From IMG/VR virus record IMGVR_UViG_3300045988_036843, positions 1 to 55,665 of that record: a stretch of 55,665 bases of DNA; one strand, written 5' to 3'. This DNA is from a virus. The stretch's first letter is position 1. The number at the start of each line of letters is the position of its first letter. Shown one piece after another: positions 24,575 through 32,089 of the stretch. Both the position numbers and the translations under genes were made by a program. The notes below the pieces were generated by a model. It made no database searches. It worked only from the letters and a program-made list of their open reading frames with translations, and had not been told where the DNA came from.

Positions 24575-25111
24575 ATGGCAGCAAACGCTGGGTATTTGCT
24601 ATCTGATCGTTCAAAAAATGGGGATGAACAGTATACGCCAAGTTATGCTGTAAAACCTCTTTTGGAATTTATTCCGAACGACAAAATTATTTGGTGTCCG
24701 TTTGATAAAGAGTGGTCTGCATTCGTGAATGTTTTCAAAAAAGCAGGACATAACGTGATGTATAGCCATATTGACTATGGGCAGGATTTCTTTTGCTACG
24801 AGCCAAAAAAATGGGACATAATGGTTTCAAACCCACCATTCAGCAAAAAAGATGCTGTGCTCTGCAGAGCGTATAAACTAGAAAAACCGTTTGCACTGCT
24901 TCTTCCGGTAAACTGCATTCAAGGGGAAGAGAGATATAAAATTTTCAAGAATGACATTCAAATGCTTTGTTTTGACAAAAGAATAGGTTTTATAAATCAA
25001 AACAATATGGGCAAGCCGGTGGAGAGGGCGGCTTTTGGAAGTGCATATTTTTGCCGAAATCTACTTCCAACTAAACTTGAATTACGCAGTCTGAGCAAAG
25101 AAAACGCATAA
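24575..25111 (+). CDS. Small N6-adenine DNA methyltransferase-like protein
   Basis: 178 aa. GAGGAGG RBS. EQYTPSYAVKPL and IMVSNPPFSKKD (NPPF motif IV). Confidence 0.55.
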   Translation: MAANAGYLLSDRSKNGDEQYTPSYAVKPLLEFIPNDKIIWCPFDKEWSAFVNVFKKAGHNVMYSHIDYGQDFFCYEPKKWDIMVSNPPFSKKDAVLCRAYKLEKPFALLLPVNCIQGEERYKIFKNDIQMLCFDKRIGFINQNNMGKPVERAAFGSAYFCRNLLPTKLELRSLSKENA

Positions 25112-25175
25112 TATTGATTTCATGCTTTAATATAAAACAGTTAAACTATATTTTTAAGTAAGAAAGAGTGATAAA

Positions 25176-25955
25176 ATGGCAAAAATCATAGCTGTCGCCA
25201 ATCAGAAGGGCGGCACAGGAAAGACCACAACAAGCACCTGTTTGGCTGGTGCGTTGCAGTTACTTGGCGAGAAGGTCTTGCTAGTGGACTGCGATGCCCA
25301 GTGCAACGCAACGGACACCTACGGCGCACAGACAGAGGACGTATGCACCCTGTTTGATGTGATGACCAGGCAGGGCACGGTCGAAGAAGGAATCCAGCAC
25401 TGTGAAGCTGGTGACATTCTTCCGTCTGATAACGCATTGAAGGACATTGACGAACAGCTTGTGCGGGACATAGGCAAGAACTTCCGGCTGCGAGAAGCCC
25501 TTGAAAGCGTGTCTGAGCAGTATGATTACATTGTGTTGGACACTCCCCCGCAGCTTGGTCTTGCGCTTGTGAACGCTCTGATCGCCGCCAACAGCATCAT
25601 CGTGCCCATCACAGCAGACCGATATGCACTGGCTGGTTTGAGCCAGCTTTCGCAGACCATCGGCGATGTTCGCAGATATTTCAATCCGACTTTGAAGATT
25701 GAAGGATTGCTTCTGAATCAGTACAAGAGCCGTGAGAACCTGTCCAAAGAGGTTGTGGAGCAGCTTCCTGTGATTGCACAGAGCATGGGAACAACCCTGC
25801 TGGATGTGAAGATTAGACCATCTATGGGCGTCCGTAAGGCGCAGGCAGAGCGTCACAGCCTGTTTAGCGGAGACACGGCAAAGAGCACCAGCGCAGAGGA
25901 TTTCAAGGCGTTGGCGCAGATGATTGTGGAGGGAGATAACAATGCGACTGATTGA
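25176..25955 (+). CDS. parA: ParA/Soj-family partition ATPase
   Basis: 259 aa. Deviant Walker A ANQKGGTGKTTT, DCDAQ, IVLDTPP. Confidence 0.85.
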   Translation: MAKIIAVANQKGGTGKTTTSTCLAGALQLLGEKVLLVDCDAQCNATDTYGAQTEDVCTLFDVMTRQGTVEEGIQHCEAGDILPSDNALKDIDEQLVRDIGKNFRLREALESVSEQYDYIVLDTPPQLGLALVNALIAANSIIVPITADRYALAGLSQLSQTIGDVRRYFNPTLKIEGLLLNQYKSRENLSKEVVEQLPVIAQSMGTTLLDVKIRPSMGVRKAQAERHSLFSGDTAKSTSAEDFKALAQMIVEGDNNATD

Positions 25956-26277
25956 CGGCGAAATCGTTCAGAGTGAGATTTCTGGTTATTGGGCTGGAGC
26001 TAAAAGCAAGGAAGAAAAAGACGCATATATGGACGCTCTTGTGGCAGTTATGGACACAGCAGAGTTTCAAAAATGGACACCAACAAACTATGAATGGGAT
26101 TTGCCAAAAGAGAAGAAAGAAGTTTTGTTGGCTGACAAAGATGGAAGCATTTATATTGGATATTATTGGAAAGGGCTTTGGTGGAATAATCGGGGAATTG
26201 TAAAACAGTTCAATCCGGGAGAAATTGAATATTGGATGCCAATTCGTGAACTTCCGAAGAAAGTAGAGGAAATGTAA
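25942..26277 (+). CDS. DUF551-like protein (111 aa) between parA and the RHH gene
   Basis: ORF track 25924..26277. ATG 25942 behind a GGAGGGAG RBS. ...EIEYWMPIRELPKK. Confidence 0.5.
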   Translation: MRLIDGEIVQSEISGYWAGAKSKEEKDAYMDALVAVMDTAEFQKWTPTNYEWDLPKEKKEVLLADKDGSIYIGYYWKGLWWNNRGIVKQFNPGEIEYWMPIRELPKKVEEM

Positions 26278-26278
26278 A

Positions 26279-26851
26279 ATGAAATCAACCAGCAAAAAAT
26301 CCTCAGGCTTGCTTGGCGGGTTTGATTTCCGGCCTATTTTTTCGGAGCAGGCATTAAGCCGAAGTGAGCCAAAGGAAGAAGAAGTAAGCCAAGCAAAGCC
26401 GAACGAAGCTGAACAAGCACCGATTAAGCCCAGTGAAGCCACAGACAGCCATGCACAGCCCAATGAAGCACAGTTAAGCAGTATTAAGCCGAAGCATGCC
26501 AAAGACAGCGAAATACAGCCAAACAATGCCGTAGTAAGCGAAAGTAAGCCAAAGAAGTTGAAACAGGCGAGGGAAGTTCAACGTCTTATCGAACAGGGCG
26601 ATGTTCCCGGCGCACTAGCCGAAGCTGGTTTGACAAAGAAAAAAATCCCGATGCCAGTATCGCATCAGGGCGTTGCAAGTGGCGATGGCAAGCGTTCAAA
26701 GCGCATTACCATCCTTATGAGCGAGGAAGAGCGCAAGTACATCAACCGTGAAGCCAGACGGCATGGAATGACGATTGGGCAGTTCGTGTACGCTCTGGCG
26801 GTTGCAGCGGCAGAGGGAAAGATTGAGTTGGAGGATTTCTTGGAGGATTGA
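26279..26851 (+). CDS. Ribbon-helix-helix protein with 10-aa tandem repeats (candidate centromere-binding protein/regulator)
   Basis: 190 aa. C-terminal KRITILMSEEERKYINREARRHGMTIGQFVYALAV is an RHH fold. The N-terminal half has (xxxKPxEAxx)n repeats. Confidence 0.6.
   Translation: MKSTSKKSSGLLGGFDFRPIFSEQALSRSEPKEEEVSQAKPNEAEQAPIKPSEATDSHAQPNEAQLSSIKPKHAKDSEIQPNNAVVSESKPKKLKQAREVQRLIEQGDVPGALAEAGLTKKKIPMPVSHQGVASGDGKRSKRITILMSEEERKYINREARRHGMTIGQFVYALAVAAAEGKIELEDFLED
26351..26550 (+). repeat. 20 tandem 10-bp units (NNNNWRAGCC) in perfect register inside CDS 26279..26851
   Basis: Eleven units end exactly in AGCC and most others differ by 1-2 bases. There are no indels over 200 bp. Confidence 0.9.
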
Positions 26852-26854
26852 CGT

Positions 26855-27412
26855 ATGATTGTTTATAGACCTCATCGTGGCTCTTTGGAAGATGCCATGA
26901 AAGAAGTAAAAACATTTGACAACTGGTATCAGATGACACATTATATTGCAAATAATTGGAATTTGGCGGTTGGCAAGAAAGTGATAGACCCTGATGATAT
27001 TGTTATGGACGATAAACCGGTCAATGATGACCGTGTTGGTTGGAAAGACGTTCACATGGTTTTGGCAACTCGTATTGGGAACGACAATTTTATGGAGAAA
27101 TACGGAAACCCGCAGTGTATCGGGTATTGCACTTACGATGTCTCAAGTGTCAAAAAACACTTAACACCGAAAGAAGTAGTTGGTGAAAACTTTTATTGGG
27201 TCAAAATCCAGTACGATGATGACGAAAAATGCAGACACTTTCAAACTCCGTTCGTTTTGTTTGCGAATGACAAGGATGAAGCAAAGAAGAAAATCGAGCG
27301 AGAAGTTCCCGGCAAGTTTTCCATTGTCGGAGTGGTGGAACTTGACAAGAGCCTTGTATTCCATCCGCAAGACCTATTTGACATAAAAGCCGAATCCGTA
27401 CTTTGGGAATAA
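26855..27412 (+). CDS. Hypothetical protein (185 aa)
   Basis: GGAGGA RBS. No family recognised. Confidence 0.6.
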   Translation: MIVYRPHRGSLEDAMKEVKTFDNWYQMTHYIANNWNLAVGKKVIDPDDIVMDDKPVNDDRVGWKDVHMVLATRIGNDNFMEKYGNPQCIGYCTYDVSSVKKHLTPKEVVGENFYWVKIQYDDDEKCRHFQTPFVLFANDKDEAKKKIEREVPGKFSIVGVVELDKSLVFHPQDLFDIKAESVLWE

Positions 27413-27546
27413 GGAAAACGCTAGAGGATAGAACAGGCAGCTATCACCCATCGTTAGGAGATGTGGGAATCGTCACCCCACCTAGCTTTTTCAATAGTAA
27501 ACCCCTGTGTAGTCGCAATGACCGCACAGGGGAGAAAGGAAACGAC

Positions 27547-27720
27547 ATGAACAAGAAACCGATTGATAAAGAAAAGAAATCAAACATCAAATGCGAACAT
27601 TGCGAATATTGGACAGGGCTATTGTGGGACGAAGCAAGATGTAAACTGAACAGCCAGCCGAAACAATATTATCAAAGATGCAAAAACTTTTCGTGGAAAG
27701 AAACTTTGCTTTATAAATGA
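27547..27720 (+). CDS. Small Cys-rich protein (57 aa)
   Basis: ORF track 27403..27720. ATG 27547 behind a GAGAAAGGAAA RBS and after an 8-bp hairpin. Confidence 0.45.
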   Translation: MNKKPIDKEKKSNIKCEHCEYWTGLLWDEARCKLNSQPKQYYQRCKNFSWKETLLYK

Positions 27721-27721
27721 G

Positions 27722-27767
27722 AAAAACCCCCTGTACGGAATTATAACCGTACAGGGGGTTCTGTTTT
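27722..27767. terminator. Bidirectional rho-independent terminator
   Basis: Perfect 12-bp stem CCCCCTGTACGG/CCGTACAGGGGG (27727-38 / 27747-58) flanked by an A-run and a T-run. Confidence 0.8.
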
Positions 27768-28311
27768 ACTTATCAGCAATGCAATCCCAGTAGAGATATG
27801 CCTTGCCATATGCGGCATCTGCGTCCTCAAGGAACGCCTTTGCCATGTCAGCGTAGAAGCCCGGAGTATCAACGGACTGACGCTTTGCGACCTGACAATA
27901 ATCCGAGTACATCATGTTCATGACAGCCCAGAAATCGTTCGGGTCACAGGTAATATTGCGCTGCTTGGCCACGTCCTGCGTCTGCTCTAGCGTCCAGTGA
28001 CAGCCCTTCGTGCCGTCAGCGTTTACCATACTGTCGCACCATTCCTCTGCTTCATCGTGGGTGAGGTGCTGGCGTGGCATCTTGATCGAGCGGCTGTCTG
28101 CACCGCCTTGACCGGTTGCGCCAGTGCCGACCAGATAGGGGATGTAGGCGTTCATGCCGTTGTCACCGCCGTTGCGGCCATAGCCGTTTGCGCCCCAGCC
28201 GAAGATGATGGCAAGGATAATAACAGCCCACAGACCTTCGTTGCCGAAGAATCCGCCGTTGTTATTGCCGCCGTCCTGTCCGGCCAGATAGCCAGTTGCA
28301 AAATCGTCCAT
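27766..28311 (-). CDS. Gly-rich N-terminus/TM protein with a conserved C-terminal domain
   Basis: 181 aa. GGNNNGGFFGNEGLWAVIILAIIFGWG (YjcZ-like Gly-rich TM), then HWTLEQT...MNMMYSDY. Confidence 0.55.
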   Translation of the reverse strand: MDDFATGYLAGQDGGNNNGGFFGNEGLWAVIILAIIFGWGANGYGRNGGDNGMNAYIPYLVGTGATGQGGADSRSIKMPRQHLTHDEAEEWCDSMVNADGTKGCHWTLEQTQDVAKQRNITCDPNDFWAVMNMMYSDYCQVAKRQSVDTPGFYADMAKAFLEDADAAYGKAYLYWDCIADK

Positions 28312-28433
28312 AACAAAACTCCTTTCAGTTTTGCGTTATGCTATCCCACCGCCGTGTGCGATGGGCGAAGCCAAACAAAAGCGGTTTTTTTCAAGTCCGC
28401 AAAACTGAGAAGCGTTTCGCTTAGAGGGATGCT

Positions 28434-28685
28434 TTATCGGGGCAGCGTCAGATTCAGGACGCTTGCCAGCTGGTTCAGGTCGATACCACGCTCTTTGGCG
28501 AGGTTCTGCGCCATCGTTCGGAGCTGTGCTTCGTTCTTGCCCTGAATCAGGTTCAGCCCCTGCATGATGGGCGCGCTCTGCCCGCCCAACTGCTGGATAA
28601 GCCCCATCGGGTTTTGTCCGGCGCGAGCCAGATTTGCAAGCTGCATGATAGGGCTGTGAGTAATCATGTCAAACGGAGAGGACAT
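28434..28685 (-). CDS. Hypothetical protein (83 aa)
   Basis: ORF in a three-gene cargo unit. Confidence 0.5.
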   Translation of the reverse strand: MSSPFDMITHSPIMQLANLARAGQNPMGLIQQLGGQSAPIMQGLNLIQGKNEAQLRTMAQNLAKERGIDLNQLASVLNLTLPR

Positions 28686-28688
28686 TAT

Positions 28689-29207
28689 TTATTCTCCTTT
28701 CTTCGCTGCGGCAGTGGGCTTAGAAAAGCTCTTCTGCCACTTTTCCAGTTCATCCAGTCGGTGCACGAGGGCATTGTACTGCTCAATAGGCACATACTGC
28801 TGTGTCGGTGCAGCGGCCTGCTGTGCCTGTTGTGCTTGCATCTGTCTCCACGCTTCCGGGCTGTAAAACTCCTGCACATAGGATTCACAGGTGTCCGGGT
28901 TGAGCCGCTTGCAGTAGATCACGCCACTGCGCAAGTCCGGGCAGTAGGTCGGTCTGCCGTACAGGTCGGATGGTATTGCCAAAAATTCTTCCCTGCTGGA
29001 GACAGGTCTGCCAAGCAACCAGCCGCCATCTTGTGCCGACTGCTGAACAGGCTGCTGCCCATTCATCGGCTGTGGACGCTGCGGCTGTGCCTGTTGCATC
29101 TGCGTGTTGGGTAGGGGAGTGGCAAGCCCAACTGTGCCCATGCCACCGTAAGGATTGACAGGCTGTTGCGGAACGTAGGGCGCTCCGGGTGTCGGATAAT
29201 AGCTCAT
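28689..29207 (-). CDS. Gln/Pro-rich hypothetical protein (172 aa)
   Basis: ORF track 28689..29300. ATG 29207 behind an AAGGAGGGG RBS. Confidence 0.55.
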   Translation of the reverse strand: MSYYPTPGAPYVPQQPVNPYGGMGTVGLATPLPNTQMQQAQPQRPQPMNGQQPVQQSAQDGGWLLGRPVSSREEFLAIPSDLYGRPTYCPDLRSGVIYCKRLNPDTCESYVQEFYSPEAWRQMQAQQAQQAAAPTQQYVPIEQYNALVHRLDELEKWQKSFSKPTAAAKKGE

Positions 29208-29410
29208 AAAACACCCCTCCTTGTGCATCCAGTGTACCGCATCGGCAAAAAGCGAAGGACAACGAAGGTATAACGAAGGACAAAAAAGAAAAGCGCCCAC
29301 ACGGAAAAAACCGCATGAGCGCTTAACTATTAAAGGTGCACACTTTGAAGTGCAATACTAAAATATCACGTTTTGACTTGCAAGACAAGAGTTTCGACAA
29401 AACTAGTGTA

Positions 29411-29490
29411 AATAAAACAAAATCCCCCACTTTGCCTACAAAGTACCCCGCGTGGCACGCAGGGCTTCGGCAAAGCAGGGGATTTTTTTG
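29411..29490. terminator. Long compound hairpin, bidirectional terminator-like
   Basis: AATCCCCCACTTTGCC (29421-36) pairs with GGCAAAGCAGGGGATT (29469-84). There is an inner CCCCGCG/CGCAGGG stem, and T-runs follow on both strands. Confidence 0.6.
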
Positions 29491-29623
29491 CAAAATCAAG
29501 AGCGGAACCGCCCACAGGCAATGCCGCTCTCTACAAAGGCCATGGCCTTTCAAATATCCACCCTAATGCGCTTCTCCGAGAGGCCGGGAGGATTTGTTGA
29601 GATAATTATACCACAATTCGTGC

Positions 29624-29660
29624 AAAAAGAAAAGCGGCAGACCCGAAAGCCTGCCGCTTC
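29624..29660 (-). terminator. Rho-independent terminator after the late operon
   Basis: AGCGGCAG/CTGCCGCT stem, followed on the minus strand by TTTTCTTTTT. Confidence 0.65.
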
Positions 29661-29702
29661 AACGCGCTTCACAAGAAAACGCGCCCAATTAAAGGTATAG
29701 TA

Positions 29703-30026
29703 TCACACATTCAGTATTTTGTCAATAATTTTCAGCCTATTGCCGATTGATGTCCGACAATACGGCACACGCGCTGCAATATCAACTTGGCATAGCTGGT
29801 CAACGTACCGCAACCGGGCGATTTTCCGGTCATACCTCCCAAGCGGCGCACGTTTTATCACAGCTTTTATCTGTTCTGCATTAAGCCCTTGCAACGCTGG
29901 CGGAAAGACTATGCGAGCCGCCGCCACAGGTAGCACCGAGCCAGAAAGGCTGCGGCAGCTGCCCGGCGTTTCGCTTAGATACGCATTTTGCCATATTAAA
30001 ACCGCAAATTTGCATTTTTTTCTCAA
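29703..30026 (-). CDS. Sigma-70 region-4-like / HTH transcription regulator
   Basis: 107 aa. LNAEQIKAVIKRAPLGRYDRKIARLRYVDQLCQVDIAARVPYCRTSIGNRLKIIDKIL resembles phage sigma/ArpU-like C-termini. Overlaps ORF 29881..30159. Confidence 0.4.
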   Translation of the reverse strand: MRKKCKFAVLIWQNAYLSETPGSCRSLSGSVLPVAAARIVFPPALQGLNAEQIKAVIKRAPLGRYDRKIARLRYVDQLCQVDIAARVPYCRTSIGNRLKIIDKILNV

Positions 30027-30159
30027 ATTTGAGCCTTAATACCCCGATTTTGTTGGCCTTAACAAAATCGCAGACCATTTTCGTGACGCCACGAAATTGC
30101 TCTTGTGCGGCGTACATATCGGTGACGCCACCGGGATGCTCGTATGTAATGCTTGCCAT
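29881..30159 (-). CDS. Hypothetical ORF (92 aa), possibly the N-terminal part of the regulator gene
   Basis: Overlaps 29703..30026 by 146 nt in another frame. An A7 run (plus-strand T7, 30015-30021) sits at the start of the overlap. Confidence 0.3.
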   Translation of the reverse strand: MASITYEHPGGVTDMYAAQEQFRGVTKMVCDFVKANKIGVLRLKFEKKMQICGFNMAKCVSKRNAGQLPQPFWLGATCGGGSHSLSASVARA

Positions 30160-30169
30160 GATATCCTCC

Positions 30170-30508
30170 TTACTCCTTTTCCAGCGCCGCTTTCATGCGG
30201 TCAAAGAAAAACTGGATAATGGTGCCGATGGTCTCATCGGTGATGGCCCACGAGATGAATCTGCCCCACTTGCTGGCGTTGAGGGCCATGCGGAGCATCT
30301 GCGCCACCCACGCCTTGCGCTCTGTGCCTCTCTTGGTGCCCTGGATCTCGTGCTCTGCCTGCTCGATGAGGTCGAGCACAGTGCCCTTGACAGCCGCGCC
30401 ATAGCCCAGCCGGATGCAGCCCAGTGCGTAAAACACAAAGCCGCCCAGCATAAGCACAAGGGCCGCAGGGGCGGGAATGACGCCCAAAATGTTATTGATC
30501 GTTGCCAT
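30170..30508 (-). CDS. Holin, LL-H-like family
   Basis: 112 aa. N-terminal TM (APAALVLMLGGFVFYALG) plus a charged helical C-terminal domain. Confidence 0.55.
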   Translation of the reverse strand: MATINNILGVIPAPAALVLMLGGFVFYALGCIRLGYGAAVKGTVLDLIEQAEHEIQGTKRGTERKAWVAQMLRMALNASKWGRFISWAITDETIGTIIQFFFDRMKAALEKE

Positions 30509-30511
30509 GTA

Positions 30512-30769
30512 TTACTCTCCTCTCTCTTTTTCGAGGTCTGCAATGCGGTGGTTTGCCACCTTCATCTGTTCTTCCAGCACCGGGATGCGCTGGGCGAAGT
30601 TGTTGTGTGTCCGAACTTCCCGGGTCAGCTCGTCCAGCTTAGTGTCGGTAATGGCCTGCTGTTTTTCCAGCTTGGCGTCCATGTTTTGAGCGGCCCTGCT
30701 GTTAGAGATAAGCACGCCGATCAGGCTCAGGCCGCCAGTGATGAGTGCTACGATGATCGCGTCGCTCAT
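30512..30769 (-). CDS. Membrane-anchored coiled-coil lysis-associated protein (XhlA-like)
   Basis: 85 aa. N-terminal TM (IIVALITGGLSLIGVLI) plus a coiled coil ending VANHRIADLEK. Confidence 0.45.
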   Translation of the reverse strand: MSDAIIVALITGGLSLIGVLISNSRAAQNMDAKLEKQQAITDTKLDELTREVRTHNNFAQRIPVLEEQMKVANHRIADLEKERGE

Positions 30770-31569
30770 GCGTCCTCCCGGAGACGGGTCAGACCCTTCT
30801 TGCGGATGATACGGGGGTAGTTGAGAGTGGTCACGTTGAGGTCAACGTTGCCGGAGATGCCCGGCACGCGGCCCTCGCTGGTGTGCTGGTGGGCGTTGTA
30901 GTGGTAGCCAACGGCGGGGGTGTGCCCGGTTGTATCGGACAGCCAGACGTCCCAGCGGCTTGCCAGACGGCCCATGTCCAGCTCCATGTTGGAGTAGTGG
31001 GTGTAGGTGTACAGCTGGGCGTAAAATCCCATCTTTTCCACCTGTTCCAGCGCGTAGGCGGTGAGATTGGTGAGGTCGAGGGTGCTCATGGGTTTGAGCT
31101 TGTTTTCCTCTACGTCCACCGCGAGGGGCATGGTCAACTCCTTGCCGTAGACCGCCTGCCGCACAAGGGCAAGCTCTGCATCGGCCATCGCTTCGCTGGT
31201 GGCGTAGGTGTAGTAATAGACGCCCACGTCCAGCCCGGCAGCCCGGGCGTTGCGGTAGTTGGTCTCAAAGGTCGGGTCGATGTACAGGCCATCTGTCCGC
31301 TTGGAAAGCTTGTGGTTGGTGGATACCGTCTTGAGCATGGCCCCCTTGTAACCCGCCGCCTTGACCTGCTTCCAGCCGTCGAGGGTGATTTTGCCCTGAT
31401 AGCGGCTCACGTCGAGATAGCGGTAGGGCGGCTCACCCGTCCAGCCCGGCACGGTGTCCACTGTGGACACTTTTTCAGGAGCGGGGGCGTCCGGCTCCTC
31501 TGCCTTGTCTCCGGCCGCGTGAGAGAGCGCCGCCAGAAGCTTGGAAATAAACTCGAAAAATGCTTTCAT
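30766..31569 (-). CDS. Endolysin, GH25 muramidase
   Basis: 267 aa. YLDVSRYQGKI...AAGYKGAMLK...AAGLDVGVYYYTYA is typical of GH25. Confidence 0.75.
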   Translation of the reverse strand: MKAFFEFISKLLAALSHAAGDKAEEPDAPAPEKVSTVDTVPGWTGEPPYRYLDVSRYQGKITLDGWKQVKAAGYKGAMLKTVSTNHKLSKRTDGLYIDPTFETNYRNARAAGLDVGVYYYTYATSEAMADAELALVRQAVYGKELTMPLAVDVEENKLKPMSTLDLTNLTAYALEQVEKMGFYAQLYTYTHYSNMELDMGRLASRWDVWLSDTTGHTPAVGYHYNAHQHTSEGRVPGISGNVDLNVTTLNYPRIIRKKGLTRLREDA

Positions 31570-31580
31570 TCCACGCCGCC

Positions 31581-31733
31581 TTACTGCCCGAGGGCTTCTT
31601 TGATGGCTTCCAGGTCGTCGGTGGTCAGGGCCGGGTAATCCGCAGCGATATCCTCAAAGGTCTCACCAGCGGTCAGCCGGATGCGGAATGCCCGCACCAT
31701 GATTCGGGTTTTTAATGCGTTCAAAGTCTTCAT
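31581..31733 (-). CDS. XkdX-like small protein (50 aa), not in the ORF track
   Basis: ATG 31733 behind a GGAGG RBS, MKTLNALKTRIMVRAFRIRLTAGETFEDIAADYPALTTDDLEAIKEALGQ. Confidence 0.45.
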   Translation of the reverse strand: MKTLNALKTRIMVRAFRIRLTAGETFEDIAADYPALTTDDLEAIKEALGQ

Positions 31734-31737
31734 AGTT

Positions 31738-32079
31738 TTAACCTCCAATCAAATCAGCCATCATCAGGATCATATCGTTGTTTGCCGCTTCCAGAGCGTC
31801 CATGCGGCCCGGCACGGCTTCCAGCTCTGCCTTTTTCTTTGCTTCGGCAGCGGCGGCTTCCTTTGTCTCTTCCTGCGTGGCCAGCTCCTCAGCGGTCGGG
31901 GGCGGTACAGCGGCCACCGTGTAGCAGTTCTCGCCGTCCTCAATCATCCACCGGGTGTCTCCGTCCCCACAGGCAGCATTGTGCTCGTTCACGGCCTGCG
32001 CCATCGCAGCGTAAGCGGTGCACTCGTCCTGTGTCGCCACAGGCTTTGCGAGGGTGTAGCCCAAAACAATTTCTTCCAT
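31738..32079 (-). CDS. Hypothetical tail-associated protein (113 aa)
   Basis: ORF track 31738..32178. ATG 32079 behind an AAGGAGG RBS. Ala/Glu-rich coiled coil. Confidence 0.5.
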   Translation of the reverse strand: MEEIVLGYTLAKPVATQDECTAYAAMAQAVNEHNAACGDGDTRWMIEDGENCYTVAAVPPPTAEELATQEETKEAAAAEAKKKAELEAVPGRMDALEAANNDMILMMADLIGG

Positions 32080-32089
32080 GTGTACCTCC

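Noticed and set aside
25903-26526. 207-aa minus-strand ORF antisense to the RHH gene
   Set aside because: It is kept open only by the AGCC repeat array (repetitive ASLG/ASFG peptide). It has no RBS and overlaps parA, the DUF551-like gene and the RHH gene, so it is a shadow ORF.
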